A DNA stretch of 64,000 bases from the NCBI GenBank assembly GCA_965153455.1, contig OZ234493.1, positions 32,912,213-32,976,212 of the forward strand. Direction: 5' to 3'. The notes beneath the pieces were generated by a model that saw only the letters and a program-made list of their open reading frames with translations, had not been told where the DNA came from and ran no database searches. How positions within the stretch are numbered: position 1 is the stretch's first letter; every line of letters begins with the position of its first letter. The stretch comes from Sphagnum compactum. Taxonomy: Eukaryota. A program made the position numbers and the translations under genes. Of the stretch, positions 42,483 through 54,560 are shown piece by piece.

Positions 42483-42740
42483 TTATCTGGCCATATCCTT
42501 TGAACTTAGATAATTCTACTTTGAATTATCTTGAACTTACTTAGAATTATCTGAACTTGAACACAAGAGGTCAAGATAATTCTAAGATAATCATCTAGAA
42601 ATCTTCAATTCTATCTTGAACTTAGAATTATCTTGAACTATGGCCTGATAATCTTGAACTTAAAATTATCTTCAACTTGAACTCAATCTTCAACTTAAGA
42701 TTATCCGGCCATATCCTTTGTGAACTCAATCTTCAACTTC
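42483..42740. repeat. Low-complexity TCTTGAACTT/AGAATTAT array bracketed by a 20-bp direct repeat
   Basis: TTATC(T/C)GGCCATATCCTTTG at 42483-42502 and 42701-42720 encloses short repeats in both orientations. Confidence 0.7.
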
Positions 42741-43231
42741 TTGTATTCACAATTCACTCCAATTGTGATCTCCTTAGTTGTTTTCCACTCATGTGTGAAT
42801 ACTTCAAACCAAAGATCAGTACTTCTAAGTTGTCATTATCATTCACGACATGATAATCGTGTGTTGATATGAAAAGCCAAACCCATTGTCAAGCTAAACA
42901 ACAGTGCAATGTCAAACCTGTTGCCTGCTACATGAAAAAGCAATACCCACATATGGGGTTTGCCTTATATTCTCATTACTTAAGTGAAAGACAACAAGAA
43001 GTTTTTTTTGAAGATTTCATCCATGTCTTGATGACTAGAGATGTCTTTTGCAACTATGGATGCATGAAACTTGTCCAAGGAGATTAGGTGATTTTTAGTT
43101 GCAAATGACAATTATAAATTTGAATTTTTCTTCTTCGTTCCGAACATTTGAAGCAATTAACATCAGCTTTTGAGGTGATTTGAACTTGGCAGTCTTGAAT
43201 CCACATACTGTGCATAATATTTTATTTTAAG

Positions 43232-43645
43232 GGGGAAACAAACTGTTGTGGATTCAAAAATACTGTCGATCACACAATATAGGGAGTACATGTATCAAAC
43301 GGGGATAATGCACCAACCATGCCGATAAGATTTGCAACAAAGCTTTAGGTCACACCTTAGATGGATCAGCCTCCGTGCAACTTTTATCCAAATCCTTGGT
43401 GCATTATCCGCATTCGATACATGTACTCCCTATATTGTGTGATCCAAAGTATTTTTGAATCCACAATAGTTTGTTTCTCCAAGGATGGGGATAAAATTGC
43501 TGCAAGGCTTCAGGTCACACCTCATAGATACATCAGCCTTGGTGCAACTTTTATCCCCATCCTTGGCGCATTATCCCCATTTGATACACGTACTGCCTGT
43601 AACGTGTGAACGAAAGCATTTTTTGAATCCACACTTGTTTGTTTC
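43232..43645. mobile_element. Fold-back (palindromic) MITE, 43232-43480, followed by a tandem partial copy of its right half
   Basis: ~100-bp arms include a perfect 29-bp match, GATCACACAATATAGGGAGTACATGTATC / GATACATGTACTCCCTATATTGTGTGATC. 43481-43645 repeats the loop and right arm. Confidence 0.8.
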
Positions 43646-44241
43646 TTGACTTTATCTATATATATCTTGACTGTATTTATAGTCTCTTTTTTCAAATTTG
43701 TACAGCTGCTGTATTAAAAAGGTGTTGCATAATTTGATTGTCCAGAAAGACCCCACTCGATGATGTCTTCTTCTGATGTACTGGTAGAAGGACACCATCC
43801 ACACTTTCTGAGTGAATGTAATAGAAGAAGATGTTCCTTTTCTACCCATTTTCTCTTGTTTCAACTGCCAAATCACAGCACACAACAACTGTATACCTGT
43901 TAATGTGTTCCCCCTCCCTCCTTATGTAAATGGTAATGCAAAAGTTCAGTACTATATTTAGCTTGGGGAACCCATATTGTGCAATGTGAATTTTTTTTGT
44001 GAACACTCACACTAATTCTCATTATTCAGAATTAAGGGAACAGCCAAAAGCTGTGTTAGCTGGGTATTGAGAAAATGGCCATAACAAAGGTTATGACAAT
44101 TGTTAGTTGGTTACTGAGAAAACGGTTACAACAAGGTTCCAAGGCTATGCTTGTTCATAAGTAACCTGTTGGGTCTGAATTTCCTCAAGGGCTGGACATG
44201 AAAACCTCCACCCCAGGGATGATAGCTCACTACCTTAACCG

Positions 44242-44481
44242 AAGGTCAGTTTCATCATTAAATAATCCTCAAAATAGTGCAATGAAATTTTGTGAAAACA
44301 ATGAAGTCGTCATGTCAAAAATCATCATAATTATCATAGGCTATATTCGGAATAATTTCACTATTCATATCACAATATTATAGGTAATTATGGAAAAATA
44401 TATAATTTCAAAACTGAAAAAACGAATTCATTTTTTGAAAAAAAACTTATTATTCGTTTTGTTATTGTGGAAACTGACCCT
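44242..44481. mobile_element. Small MITE
   Basis: TIR AAGGTCAGTTTC / GAAACTGACCCT (11/12) around an AT-rich core that contrasts with GC-richer flanks. No TSD seen. Confidence 0.5.
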
Positions 44482-45119
44482 GGGCTACAGTAGTATAGCC
44501 CTCTGGAACCCTGGAATCACAGAAGGTCCTGGTTTAAACCCAGTGATGTGCAGGTGAAAGTCCTGCTGGCCCTCTGCCAATGAGCCTGACTTGGGGTCAC
44601 CAACAGGATCAGTTTTACTGTTCTGCTTCCCCAAAAACCTCATGTCAGCTTGCACTTTTTCTTTGGCTACACTTTTTCAAGTTTAGCTCCACTTTCAGCT
44701 TCAGGTCAGGTATCAGTTGGTTATCTCACTGATAACTGGATAGGTACCATGAAGAGGGATACCCAAGATGATACCCACCTTTCAGGGTATCAATTTGGTG
44801 GGAACCAGTTCTTTTAGAACTGGGATATTATATATATTTATATGTACATACATAGGAGGTCATATTGATAACCCCGGATCTGGTTCTTAATTAAGTTTAG
44901 GGTAGCTGTTTATATTAAAGTTAGGAGACTAAGTGAGTTTAGGGCGGCACTGTTGAGGATTAAGCGGCGAATCATTAGGGTTTAGGATAGTGGTTTAGGT
45001 TTAGGGTTTATCATTCATATAAGGAGGCAACTTGATTAAGTGTTTTACTTTGTGCATTTGTTTTTTGCTTCGCGCATTTGTGTTCTTGCGCTTGTGATTT
45101 GTTTTGTTGTTGTTGTAAA

Positions 45120-45760
45120 AAGGGAAGCTCCTCACCATATTGTTGCTTATGGGTGCTCCTCACCATGTTGTAGTTTACTTCTAAGTGTTCTTTGCCATGT
45201 TGTTTGCTTTTGGACAAACCTCATTGTGATGTTGCTTCTGGCATTCCTCATTGTGTTGTTGCTTGCTTTTGGACGCTCCTCACCGTGATGTTGCTTATGG
45301 GTGCTCCGCGTCATGTTGTTGGTTGCTTATGGGTGCTCCTTGTCATGTTGTTGCTTGTTTTGAGGTGTTGCTTGTTGTGATTTTTCTTCCAAGTGCTCTT
45401 TGCCATGTTGTTTCTTTTTTTTGGGTGTTCCTCGTTGTGCTTTTCTTTTGGGCGCTCCTCAACATGCTTTTTTTTTTGGGGTGTTCTTCACCATGTTGTT
45501 GCTTGCTTTTGGGCGTTCCTCGCCATGCTAGTGCTTGCTTTTGGGCACTCCTCACCATGCACTGCTTCTAGGCGTTCCTTGCCATTTTTTTTACTTGGCA
45601 TTCATCACCTTGCTATTGCTTGCTGTTAAGCATTCCTCATCGTGATGTTGGTTTTGGCCATTCCTTGATGTGTTGTTGTTTACTTCTAGGTGTTCTTTGC
45701 CATGTTATTACTTCTAGGCCTCCTCACCATGCTATTACTTTTGGGCCTCCTTATTGTATT
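45120..45760. repeat. Degenerate ~30-bp tandem array in the hAT 5' region
   Basis: Recurrent GG(T/C)G(C/T)TCCTCACCATGTTGTTGCTT units. This array produces the Leu/Cys-rich spurious ORFs at 45040-45916. Confidence 0.8.
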
Positions 45761-46029
45761 GTAGCTGCTGCTTGCACGAGGTGGAGTTGTTGTTCAAGGT
45801 TTCAAGGTAGTCAAATTTCATTTCCAACTCAATTAGCTTTTTTTCTTCATTATTTGCTTTGTTTGTGTGATTTTTGTTTAGATGTTTTTCGTGGTTGTTG
45901 TGTTTTTGTAAGATAATTTTTTACCAACCAGTTGCACAAATTGTTTTTTAAATTGAAACTTAAAAAAAAATATGTATTTGTCTGGTTTCCTTTTCTCGAG
46001 TCTTTTAACACAACTTGAATTATAGTGAA

Positions 46030-49000
46030 ATGGAGCCAAATGTTGCTGATGTTGATATTCTTGTAAATGAGAGTAAATTTTTTAGTGAATAGAAAAGTGA
46101 GGAAAAAGTTGAAGAGTTAGTAACAATTCCAAGTTCTTATTAAAAAATGAAGATAGTATGGGAATAATCTTTAAGAAATTGTATGAACAAAGAATTAAAT
46201 GGAGACCCCATGGAAAGAATTTTCCAACTTGGGTTTTTTTGGTATTAATGATTAATCAAAAGTTGATATGTAAGTCCCACAAGTTATGCGTTATATGTTG
46301 TGTTATGAAAAACCAATAAGCCTTGTAATATTAGGGTAGAAAACTAAATTAAGGAAAAGGTTTGTTTCTTATTTCAAAAATAATGGGATAACTGCATTGA
46401 ATAAACACATAGATGGAGACCATTATTTAATTGAAAGAAAAATTGAGGAAAAAATAAACAACAATGCAAAAAGTCTTGTGGAATTAAAAACAACCTACAA
46501 AGAGGAGGTTTACAGTTAGTGCACATGTGAAATCTTTAAATTCTTTGGGGCCATAGATCCTTACAAAAAAAATAATGTACACCAAAAAGAATTTTTGGAG
46601 AATTTGGGTTTTTTTATTGTGAAAAACCATTATCCATTTAATTTGTTGAGAGCATGTGGTTGAAACAATTAATATTGTAGTTGTCTTTTCATGTGGTCTT
46701 TCTTTTAAAAAAAGCTTTTAGCCAAGATGTGTTATAGGACTTAGTGGAGAAAACTAGACAAACATATGGTTTACTAGTTTTAGGAAAATACATGTCTACA
46801 ACAAGTTTTGATTTATGGATGTCCAAAGCGACACATGACATTTTTGCATTAATTTTTTAAGACAAGATAGGTGCCTAAACATGTAACAATAGGGTTATTT
46901 GAGGCATTTGAAACTTCAAAACATGCATTGGTGAAAGAACTTAAAAAGCTTTTAGAATAATGTGATTCAAGACCAAAAATAAAATTGCCTACATTATAGA
47001 TGAAGGGGTTAATCTAAATGCAATGACAGATGCTTTGAAGTCAACTACCAACTATGAAGCATTAGCTGTGGTTGAAAGTTTCAAGGGCACATGTTTTGGA
47101 CATGCCTTTTCTAAAGCTTGCCAACATTCAACTTCTAATGAAAAAGTGTGCAAGGCCTTAGATATGTTTCCATAAATATGTTCAAATAGATTTGTAAAAA
47201 TGTATTACATGGCCTAAAAAATCAACGAAAGGCAAACAAGAATGGATGAAAGCTTGCATTACTATAGGCCTTAGACTTGGAAAATCAAATACATTAGTGA
47301 AAATAAGGTATAAAATTCAAGCCTTTTATTTTTTGTTTAAAAATATTAATTCTACATTTTTTTGAAGGGTGAAAGCAGACTATGGTGAACCCCTGTGGGC
47401 ACTTTTCCATCTGCTATTAAAGGTATATTTTGTATAATTCCACAAAAGGTATTCCATTTAATTTTGAGTTTAAATTTTGTTGTTTCGGTTTCAAAATTTT
47501 GATTCTCATAAAATCAATGTTATCTAATATTTTTTGAAAATAAAAAATAAATCTAATAATGTAAAGGAAAGGAACCGTGCATTGGTATATTTCTATATAG
47601 ATAGTATAACATAATTCATTTTGTCATTTCATACTGCCTTAGTATTCAATTTCATTAATAATATAAATAATGTTTTTTTAAAAATCTATAAATAAACCCA
47701 TCTCAAAACATTTGTCACATTCCATTTGCAAGTGATTGTTTGTGAAAATGTCAATTTATCACATACTTATGATCATAATTGTTTAAAAAACCCCATTTAT
47801 AACATGAAAATTATCAAACTTTTCAAATGGTTCACAAATTTGGTTTAAATTATGTGAAATGACATATAAAATAACTACGATAAATTTCATGAAAGTAAAA
47901 CTCAATTCAATCATTTTTGTAGTATATTTGCATTTTTGAGTACGCTGTGACATTAACTTTTTCATGCAAATATATTCAAAGCCACCATAATATAAAGAAA
48001 AAATGATTAATTTTTTTCTATTCATATTTTTGGGTTACGCTTTACCATAATATGATAAAAAATTGTGAATTTTTTTTGTAGTTTTGACATGGTTTAGGTT
48101 AAAAAATGACCACCCAAAAAACTAAAAATGTGATTACACATAGGGGGTCATTGTATTATGTTTTCATCTTGAATCTCAATTTTAGTTAGATGTCTAATTT
48201 TATAATTTTATTGTGTAGGTTTCCTAGCAAAGTTATCATGTTTCAAGAAACATTTCAATTTCATAAGGCTATTTTCTTATGTTATAGCATGTAGATTGGG
48301 CCTCAAATCATAGGCCATGTACCTCTTCCCCTTACATGGCATATAACACAAATCATTATAAATATTTTGTCACCAATTGAAACTCCTTGCGTTTTACACT
48401 AGTCCACAAATCATTAGTTGTTAAGTGTTACTTTCTAAATAGCCATATCCATGAGTTTTAGATTAAAGGAAGAAATGAATGATCTTCCTATGTTGGATGT
48501 TTTGTTTGGTGATGATTTTAGTCTACATATTGAGTTGGGAAACTTTGTAGAAAATATGAAGGAGGTTGTTGGGGTCATTGATTTTTCCTCTCCTTCTTGA
48601 CAATATATGATGAGAAAAAAACTCAATATGCTAGCCCTAATGTTAGATCCCAGATTAAAAGCTGTTTTAGGTTTTTTAATTTTTTTTATTGGTCGTGAGC
48701 TTGGGGTCACCATAGTTGAAGAGTATGATAGGAAATATTTCTTATGTTCTTAAAATCTTATCACCATTTGCATCCATTGTCTTCAGACTGAAAGTTCCTT
48801 TGTTAATAGATATGATAAAAACAATAATTTGGATATTTTGAGATGATGGAAAGCATCGGTGAACTTGCAAAGGAGCTTGTCAATAAAAAATTGATGACAT
48901 TTCAAAGATTTTAGATGAATGTAAAAGACATCAAGTGCCCTTTGGAGTGATGTAGAAAACATAAATCTAGGTTCCCAACTATTGGCTTTTTGGCTAAACA

Positions 49001-49263
49001 AATATTGGGGATTATAAGTTCCCAAATAAAATTGAGAGAATATTTTCTCTGCCAGTATACTTACCAATTTGAGAAGATGACATTTAGAACTAGAAACCTT
49101 TGAAAAGCTTATCTTTGTGAATAAAAATTGGCCAAATAATGTAAAGGTTGGTTGTAAAGCCCCTTCTAATTTGGTAGAATTGATAGACTCTGAAATAGAT
49201 TTAAAAGACGAGTTAAATGAATTTGAATGCTCACTTGAGCGAGACGAATTAAATGAGGATTAA
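46030..49263 (+). pseudogene. hAT-family transposase pseudogene with one intron (~47309-48218)
   Basis: TSFDLWMSKATHDIFAL (~46800), DEGVNL (~47000), CFGHAFSKACQ (~47090), CITWPKKS.KGKQEW, LVKIR|FPSKVIMFQE across a GT-AG intron, LMLDPRLK (~48640) and dimerization-domain RFPTIGFLAKQILGI...IERIFS...LIFVNKNWP. Many stops. Confidence 0.88.
47366..48169. mobile_element. Old ~0.8-kb MITE inside the hAT transposase intron
   Basis: Diverged TIRs match 23/35, mostly by transitions: GGGTGAAAGCAGACTATGGTGAACCCCTGTG versus the reverse complement of 48135-48169. TGA flanks both sides. Confidence 0.5.
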
Positions 49264-51287
49264 TTTCAAGTTTTTTTCCCTTTTAATGACCTTTGTTGGT
49301 TATGTTTTTGGCCATTAATTTCTGAAAATTTTCAAAACAATTTAATCTTAAAAGAATGGTAATGAAACTAATTTAAAATCAATGGTAACCATTATAATTT
49401 CAAAACTGTTTTAATATTAAATTAATGGTAAAGAATTGGCCAAATATAACTGACTAATATAAATGGAGAGATAACTGTTTGTGAGAGAATCGGATAGTAA
49501 GGGAAAAACACTGGGAAAGTCGAGTATTAAAATTGGAATAAAAAGAGAAAAGAACCGGCTTGGTTTTGGTTTTTAAAAAGAAAGAACCTAGAACCGGAAT
49601 GGGCAGTTATTAAAATAAATTGATAACCACCCAACGCTGTTTAATACCCTGTATGTTGGATGTACAAATTAAGATCAGTATTTCCCCTTCTCATGAATGG
49701 GTGTTACACAATAGAGAAATCCACAAAGTCACCCTGTCTTCACCCTGTCTTTGGGCCTCCTTTCACCCCTAACCCCTCTTTTAATGGTGTCCACAAAGTA
49801 AGGAGATTTTATTAAATCTAAGTATGAAATGCTAAAAGCTGAATCTCAGCATTTAATGCACAAGGGTCGAGAGGTATTATAGTAGCTAAGCAGTGAAAAT
49901 CTATGTAGCAGTTTTAATCGCCATCCATTATCGCACCCAGCAATGGAGGCGCTCATGAAAAGAAGAAAGACAGGGTGAAACTCAGGAAACCATCAAAAAT
50001 GGTTTCCTGAGTTTCACCCCCCGTTGAATGCTAATGTACTTTTTTGCAGGTTTTTTTTTAATCTCACCCTGTGTATGACCAAACTCAGGGTACTGGTGCT
50101 GTCTTTTCCTCACTTTACGGATATCTCTAATATCAATAGAGAATTTAAGATTTCAAAAACTCATTTTCATATTTTTACTTCAATGGGCAAGTGAAGTGAG
50201 AATTTTAGAGAGTTATTCTAGCTGAAAAGCTCTTTAAAAGATTACCACTTGTGTTGATGAATTTGAAGAATAACTTTCAAAATTGTTAAGCTATGTAATG
50301 GGTACAATTTGAAATCAGGACTAAAACTCAAGAAGTTTTGATAATCAAGACTGAAGCTCAATAGTATAATGCAATTATATAATTTAAACAAGAGGATGAA
50401 TAACGTATTCAAATCTCTTTTGAGCATTGTATACCCTTATTTGATTCAAGAACAAGTTGTCTCATTGGCTGCATGCATATTCTAGTCCTAGCCACGGTTT
50501 CCCCCATTTTTTTTTGCCTCGGCTGATACCCCTTCTACAAAGCATGCCGTACCTATATATCTCTCAAATACAACACCTTCTCACCAGTGACTACTTGTTC
50601 ACCGTAGAAGCAATCAAGTCCTTTAAAAAGAAATGAAAAGAGTACATAGGGATGGCCAGTTGTCTTTATTGTAGCATGCTTTATGTCCCATGGTTTGTGC
50701 CAATGTCATTAGCCCAGGTCAAAAATGGTGACAAACAGTTCTGAAAATAAAAGTTTCATGCAGCCAATGAGAAGGCTCAGTATGCACTCATGAGGGGTTT
50801 ACTGTATTTTCTTTTTGAAGGGGGCAGGGATTTTTTGTCTTTTTTCTTTGTTTCCAATGTTTTCCCATCATGTTCCCAAGGGGTTCCTCAAGTTCCCAAT
50901 TTGTTTCCCTAGATGTGCCCAATAGCACCTCAGTTTTATCTCAGATGGTTTGCCCAAAGTTCAACTCTCATGTATATTAACTGAAAAGCTTGGTAATAGG
51001 GGAGCACATTTGTTTCTATTTTGTGACTTGAGGTCCAAAGAGGTGTTTCTAGGGGCGAGTGCCCAATGTTCAAAAAAATCGGTGGTGGGCCAATCACTAC
51101 AGTCCCCTTTTTTTTCTTAAAAGGGGGAAAAGTGTGAGGGCACCCATGAACTAATTAATATGAATCACATAATCACAAAGAGAGTGATTCCAATGGCCAG
51201 TGGGAAGATTCATGGCATGCAGCCATAGGAAACGTGATTCACACTTGGTGTCAGGGACTTTGTGGGATTTCTCCCTGACACTATGAC

Positions 51288-51593
51288 CAGGAATTTTATT
51301 ATTATTATTATTTTTCGGTATTGTCATGTAGCTGAAGTGGCAATCATCCATAAGATGATTTAGCCAGATCAGGCTACATACTAGATATGAAAGCAGAAAA
51401 AAACCAGAATCTTTCTATATTCTTAGCTACCTGCTGGAACTTATCATAAAAATCTGGCAATTTGAATTATTTCTTCATCAAAATCTGGCGAATTTAGGCC
51501 ATTTTTTCCATGAAAAATCCTTTGTATAGGTCAAAATCAAAATTTTCAGGTCAAAATTTTTGTGAAATTTTGCTGGTGAAAAAATAAATGCTG
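51288..51593. mobile_element. hAT-type MITE, 306 bp
   Basis: CAG...CTG ends with an 8-bp TSD, ACTATGAC (51280-51287) and ACTATGAT (51594-51601). The interior resembles 56071-56307. Confidence 0.75.
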
Positions 51594-52589
51594 ACTATGA
51601 TTAGGAGAGAGTGGAAACTCCCCAACCAACTTTATGCAGCCAACCCAAATTAGGGGTTGATTTTTAGCTATGAGAATTTCAGGATTTTAAAAGGGCTGCC
51701 TGTTTCTAGGCATAAAATGATTTTACTTTGTCATGTTTAACTTTTGAAGTCTCCTTTCATTTGATCCCCGCTTTGACATCCAGATGCTTATGACTAATTA
51801 CGACATTTCAAAGTGATGGATAAAAGGGGAGTGACATAAGAATGCATGGAGTGGGATTGAGAAAAGAAGCTCAATGGTTATCACACCAATCAAACTATGA
51901 TCCCGTGTAGAAAGTCCTAGGGTGACTGATAACTTTCATCACAAGAAAGCGGTGTATTCTATCCTCCCATTTGAGTCAATATGCAAATTTACTCATGACC
52001 AATGAAGCAAAATACATGTCACTTGATTAAACTAACCTCCTATTTGGTCCCCAATAGAATATCTAAATATAGCACAACTGAATGAAAGTATGCACTAGGT
52101 AATGGGCATTGGGCTAAACCAGTTGAGGAGCAGGTGGCCATCAGCCAGATCTAACCAAGGCCAATAACCAGCTTGAGGGGCTGACATGCACCAGTTGTAT
52201 CCCATATTAATAAGCTGCCTGTATCTAATTCTGTGTGTGGACAAAAAGTGATCCACATTCACCTGCTGAGCAAGTTATGGATGTAAAAGATGCTTCTTAT
52301 ATGTCTGGTAACCGACTGGAGGCTGCTGGTTATGAGAAATATCCTCCATGCTCCCCCTGCCCGCACCCTCGGCTCTTGTGGATACCCAGCAATCTCTTGT
52401 CGATTACCATCCATAATTGACACTCAAATGGAGATTCTGCTACAACATTAGGAATTTTGTAGACTATTTGCTGGGCTTTACCATCCATAATTGGCACTCA
52501 AATGGAAATTCCGCTATAATATTAGGAGTTTTTTGTAGACTATTTGCTGGGCTGGACCTTACAAAATCCTTTGTGTCATCCAGCAGCAT

Positions 52590-53749
52590 TCTATATAGTA
52601 AAGGACGTCGTGGTCGTTTGTCGGGATGAAATGAAGCTTTCCGTCGGGATGAAATGAAGCTTTCTGTCAGGATGAAATGAAGCTTTTCATCCATCCGTCC
52701 GTCATCCATCTCGTCATCCATCCAAACAGAACAAATATATTCTATATAGTAAAGGACATCGGGATGAAATGAAGCTTTCCATCTGTCCGTCCGTCATCCA
52801 TCCCGTCATCCATCCAAATAGAACAAATATATTCTATATAGTAAAGGACGTCAGGATGAAATGAAGCTTTCCACCCGTCCGTCCGTCATCCATCCCGTCA
52901 TCCGTCCCGTAATATATATTTTAAAAAGGGAAAAAACTAGAAAAAAAATAAAAACAGAAAAACACTTTAACAATTAGAAACTTTTTGTAAACACTTAAAC
53001 ATGAAACAAAAAAGGGAAATACAGTAAAATAATCTTGAAAGAAAACTTAAAAATAGATGACAAAAAATAAGAAACAAAACAGAGAGCAAAAGAAAGAGAA
53101 AAAAAACCATACTTGAAAAAAAAATGAGGTTTGTCTTTTTTTTCCAAACTTCAAACCTGCATCTAATCAAACAAAATTTTTTTTTTTCTTAATTATTTTT
53201 TCTTAAAACATATTAGAAAAAATAGAATTTTTTTGAAAAGAAATAGAAACTAAATAAATAAATAAACGCATAAAAATAGAAAAAAAATGAAGATAGACAA
53301 AATAAGAATAGAAAAACTTAAAAAATGAAACAAACATAAACAAAAAAAAGTAGAAACACAAAAACTATAAAAAAGGAATGGAAACAAATGAAACAAGGAA
53401 AGGGAAATACAGTAAAATCATTTTAAAAGAAAAAAAATTAAAAAAAAGAAGAAACCAAATAAAGAGTAGAAAATAAGAAAAAATAAAACTTATAATAATG
53501 AAGAAAACCCTACTTGAAAAAGAATGAGGTGTGTCTTCTTTCTCCAAACTTCAAACTTGCATCCAAATAAACAAAAATACAAAAGTGAAAAAGAAACACT
53601 TTATTTTTATTATACAAAATAATAATAAAAACAGAAAACACATAGAAATTAAAAATCAAAAAGATTAAAGTTTAAAAAAAAAAACTAAAACATGAACCAA
53701 ACATTGTTGAAATAACACACCTGTGCACTAGGCACGGGGTTCAAACTAG
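52590..53749 (+). mobile_element. Non-autonomous Helitron with a triplicated 5' end
   Basis: 5' TCTATATAGTAAAGGAC at 52590, 52741 and 52833. 3' end has a GC-rich hairpin (CCTGTGCACTAGGCACGGG) then CTAG|T at 53746-53750. The A-rich interior has a ~220-bp internal duplication. Confidence 0.8.
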
Positions 53750-54358
53750 TACAATTTTGAAAGAGCATGTAGTTGACCCTAAGAAGCAGCTTTGGGTGAA
53801 GGGCAAAATCTCTGGGCCCTCTTGGGTGACAGTTCCCTTTTTATAAAACCAAAACAGCAGCAAGAAAAATTTTACCCCACCATCACATGTCTAGAAAAGT
53901 CTATATAGATGAAAGTCGTAGCACACCAAACTGGAAAACCAGTCACGCGACTGAACTGGGTGACTGAACTGCGTAGTTGGGGGAAAAAGAATGCTACCAG
54001 TAGCCTGAAGTGAAAAGAAAAGAAAACCCCACGAAAAACATTATCCACACCAAGGACAAAACAAAATCAAAATAAAAAACCACCAAAAAAAAAACTGATT
54101 CCATCCACTGAACAAACGAAGGAACAAAGTCATGCCAGTAGACTTGACAATCAAACCCTTCTCTTCTCTGAAGAATCCAGCACTGAAGAACTGGAACTCA
54201 TCTAAACAAAGCTCCAGAACCTGTCTAATCTAAGATAGCAGTAGAGCGAGTGAGTAGATTAGCCGTGCACACACGAGAGTTTTAAATGGGATTTGGAGTG
54301 TGGGTGGCTGGGAATTTCGGGCCTTAATATTTTTCTAAAAAAGCCGCAGAATTTTTGC

Positions 54359-54365
54359 TATATAA
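54359..54365 (+). promoter_or_regulatory. Candidate TATA box of the beta-CA gene
   Basis: TATATAA about 200 bp upstream of the ATG, followed by a pyrimidine-rich stretch and a plausible 5'UTR intron (GT 54419 to CAG 54543). Confidence 0.45.
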
Positions 54366-54560
54366 TAATCCATGATCCCTTCTTCCTCAATATCTTCGTT
54401 GCTGGTCAGTGGACTAGAGTACTTGTGTAATTAGCATCGTGTCGACTCGTCTGCGTTTTGCTGAAGAGATTTGGCTTCAATCCCACTTCGTTGGTGTAGA
54501 AACGATTTGTGCGTCTAGAACTTGGAGATTGAACTTCTTGCAGGACTTAAGACTGCGAAT

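Larger units (their letters stand above)
44700..49639 (+). mobile_element. Decayed autonomous-type hAT transposon
   Basis: Contains the transposase remnant listed below. The right end reads GATAACCACCCAACGCTG (CAG-type terminus). GGTTATC/GATAAC/AACCGG subterminal motifs occur at both ends. The left TIR was not resolved, so the start is approximate. Confidence 0.65.

Noticed and set aside
41800..42500. GC-richer block with 100-120 aa ORFs
   Set aside because: No recognisable domain or splice structure, so no call can be supported.
44533..44558. Candidate left TIR and TSD of the hAT element (TTTAAACC|CAGTGATG)
   Set aside because: Weak match to the right end and only 6/8 TSD. It overlaps a B-box-like motif and may be chance.
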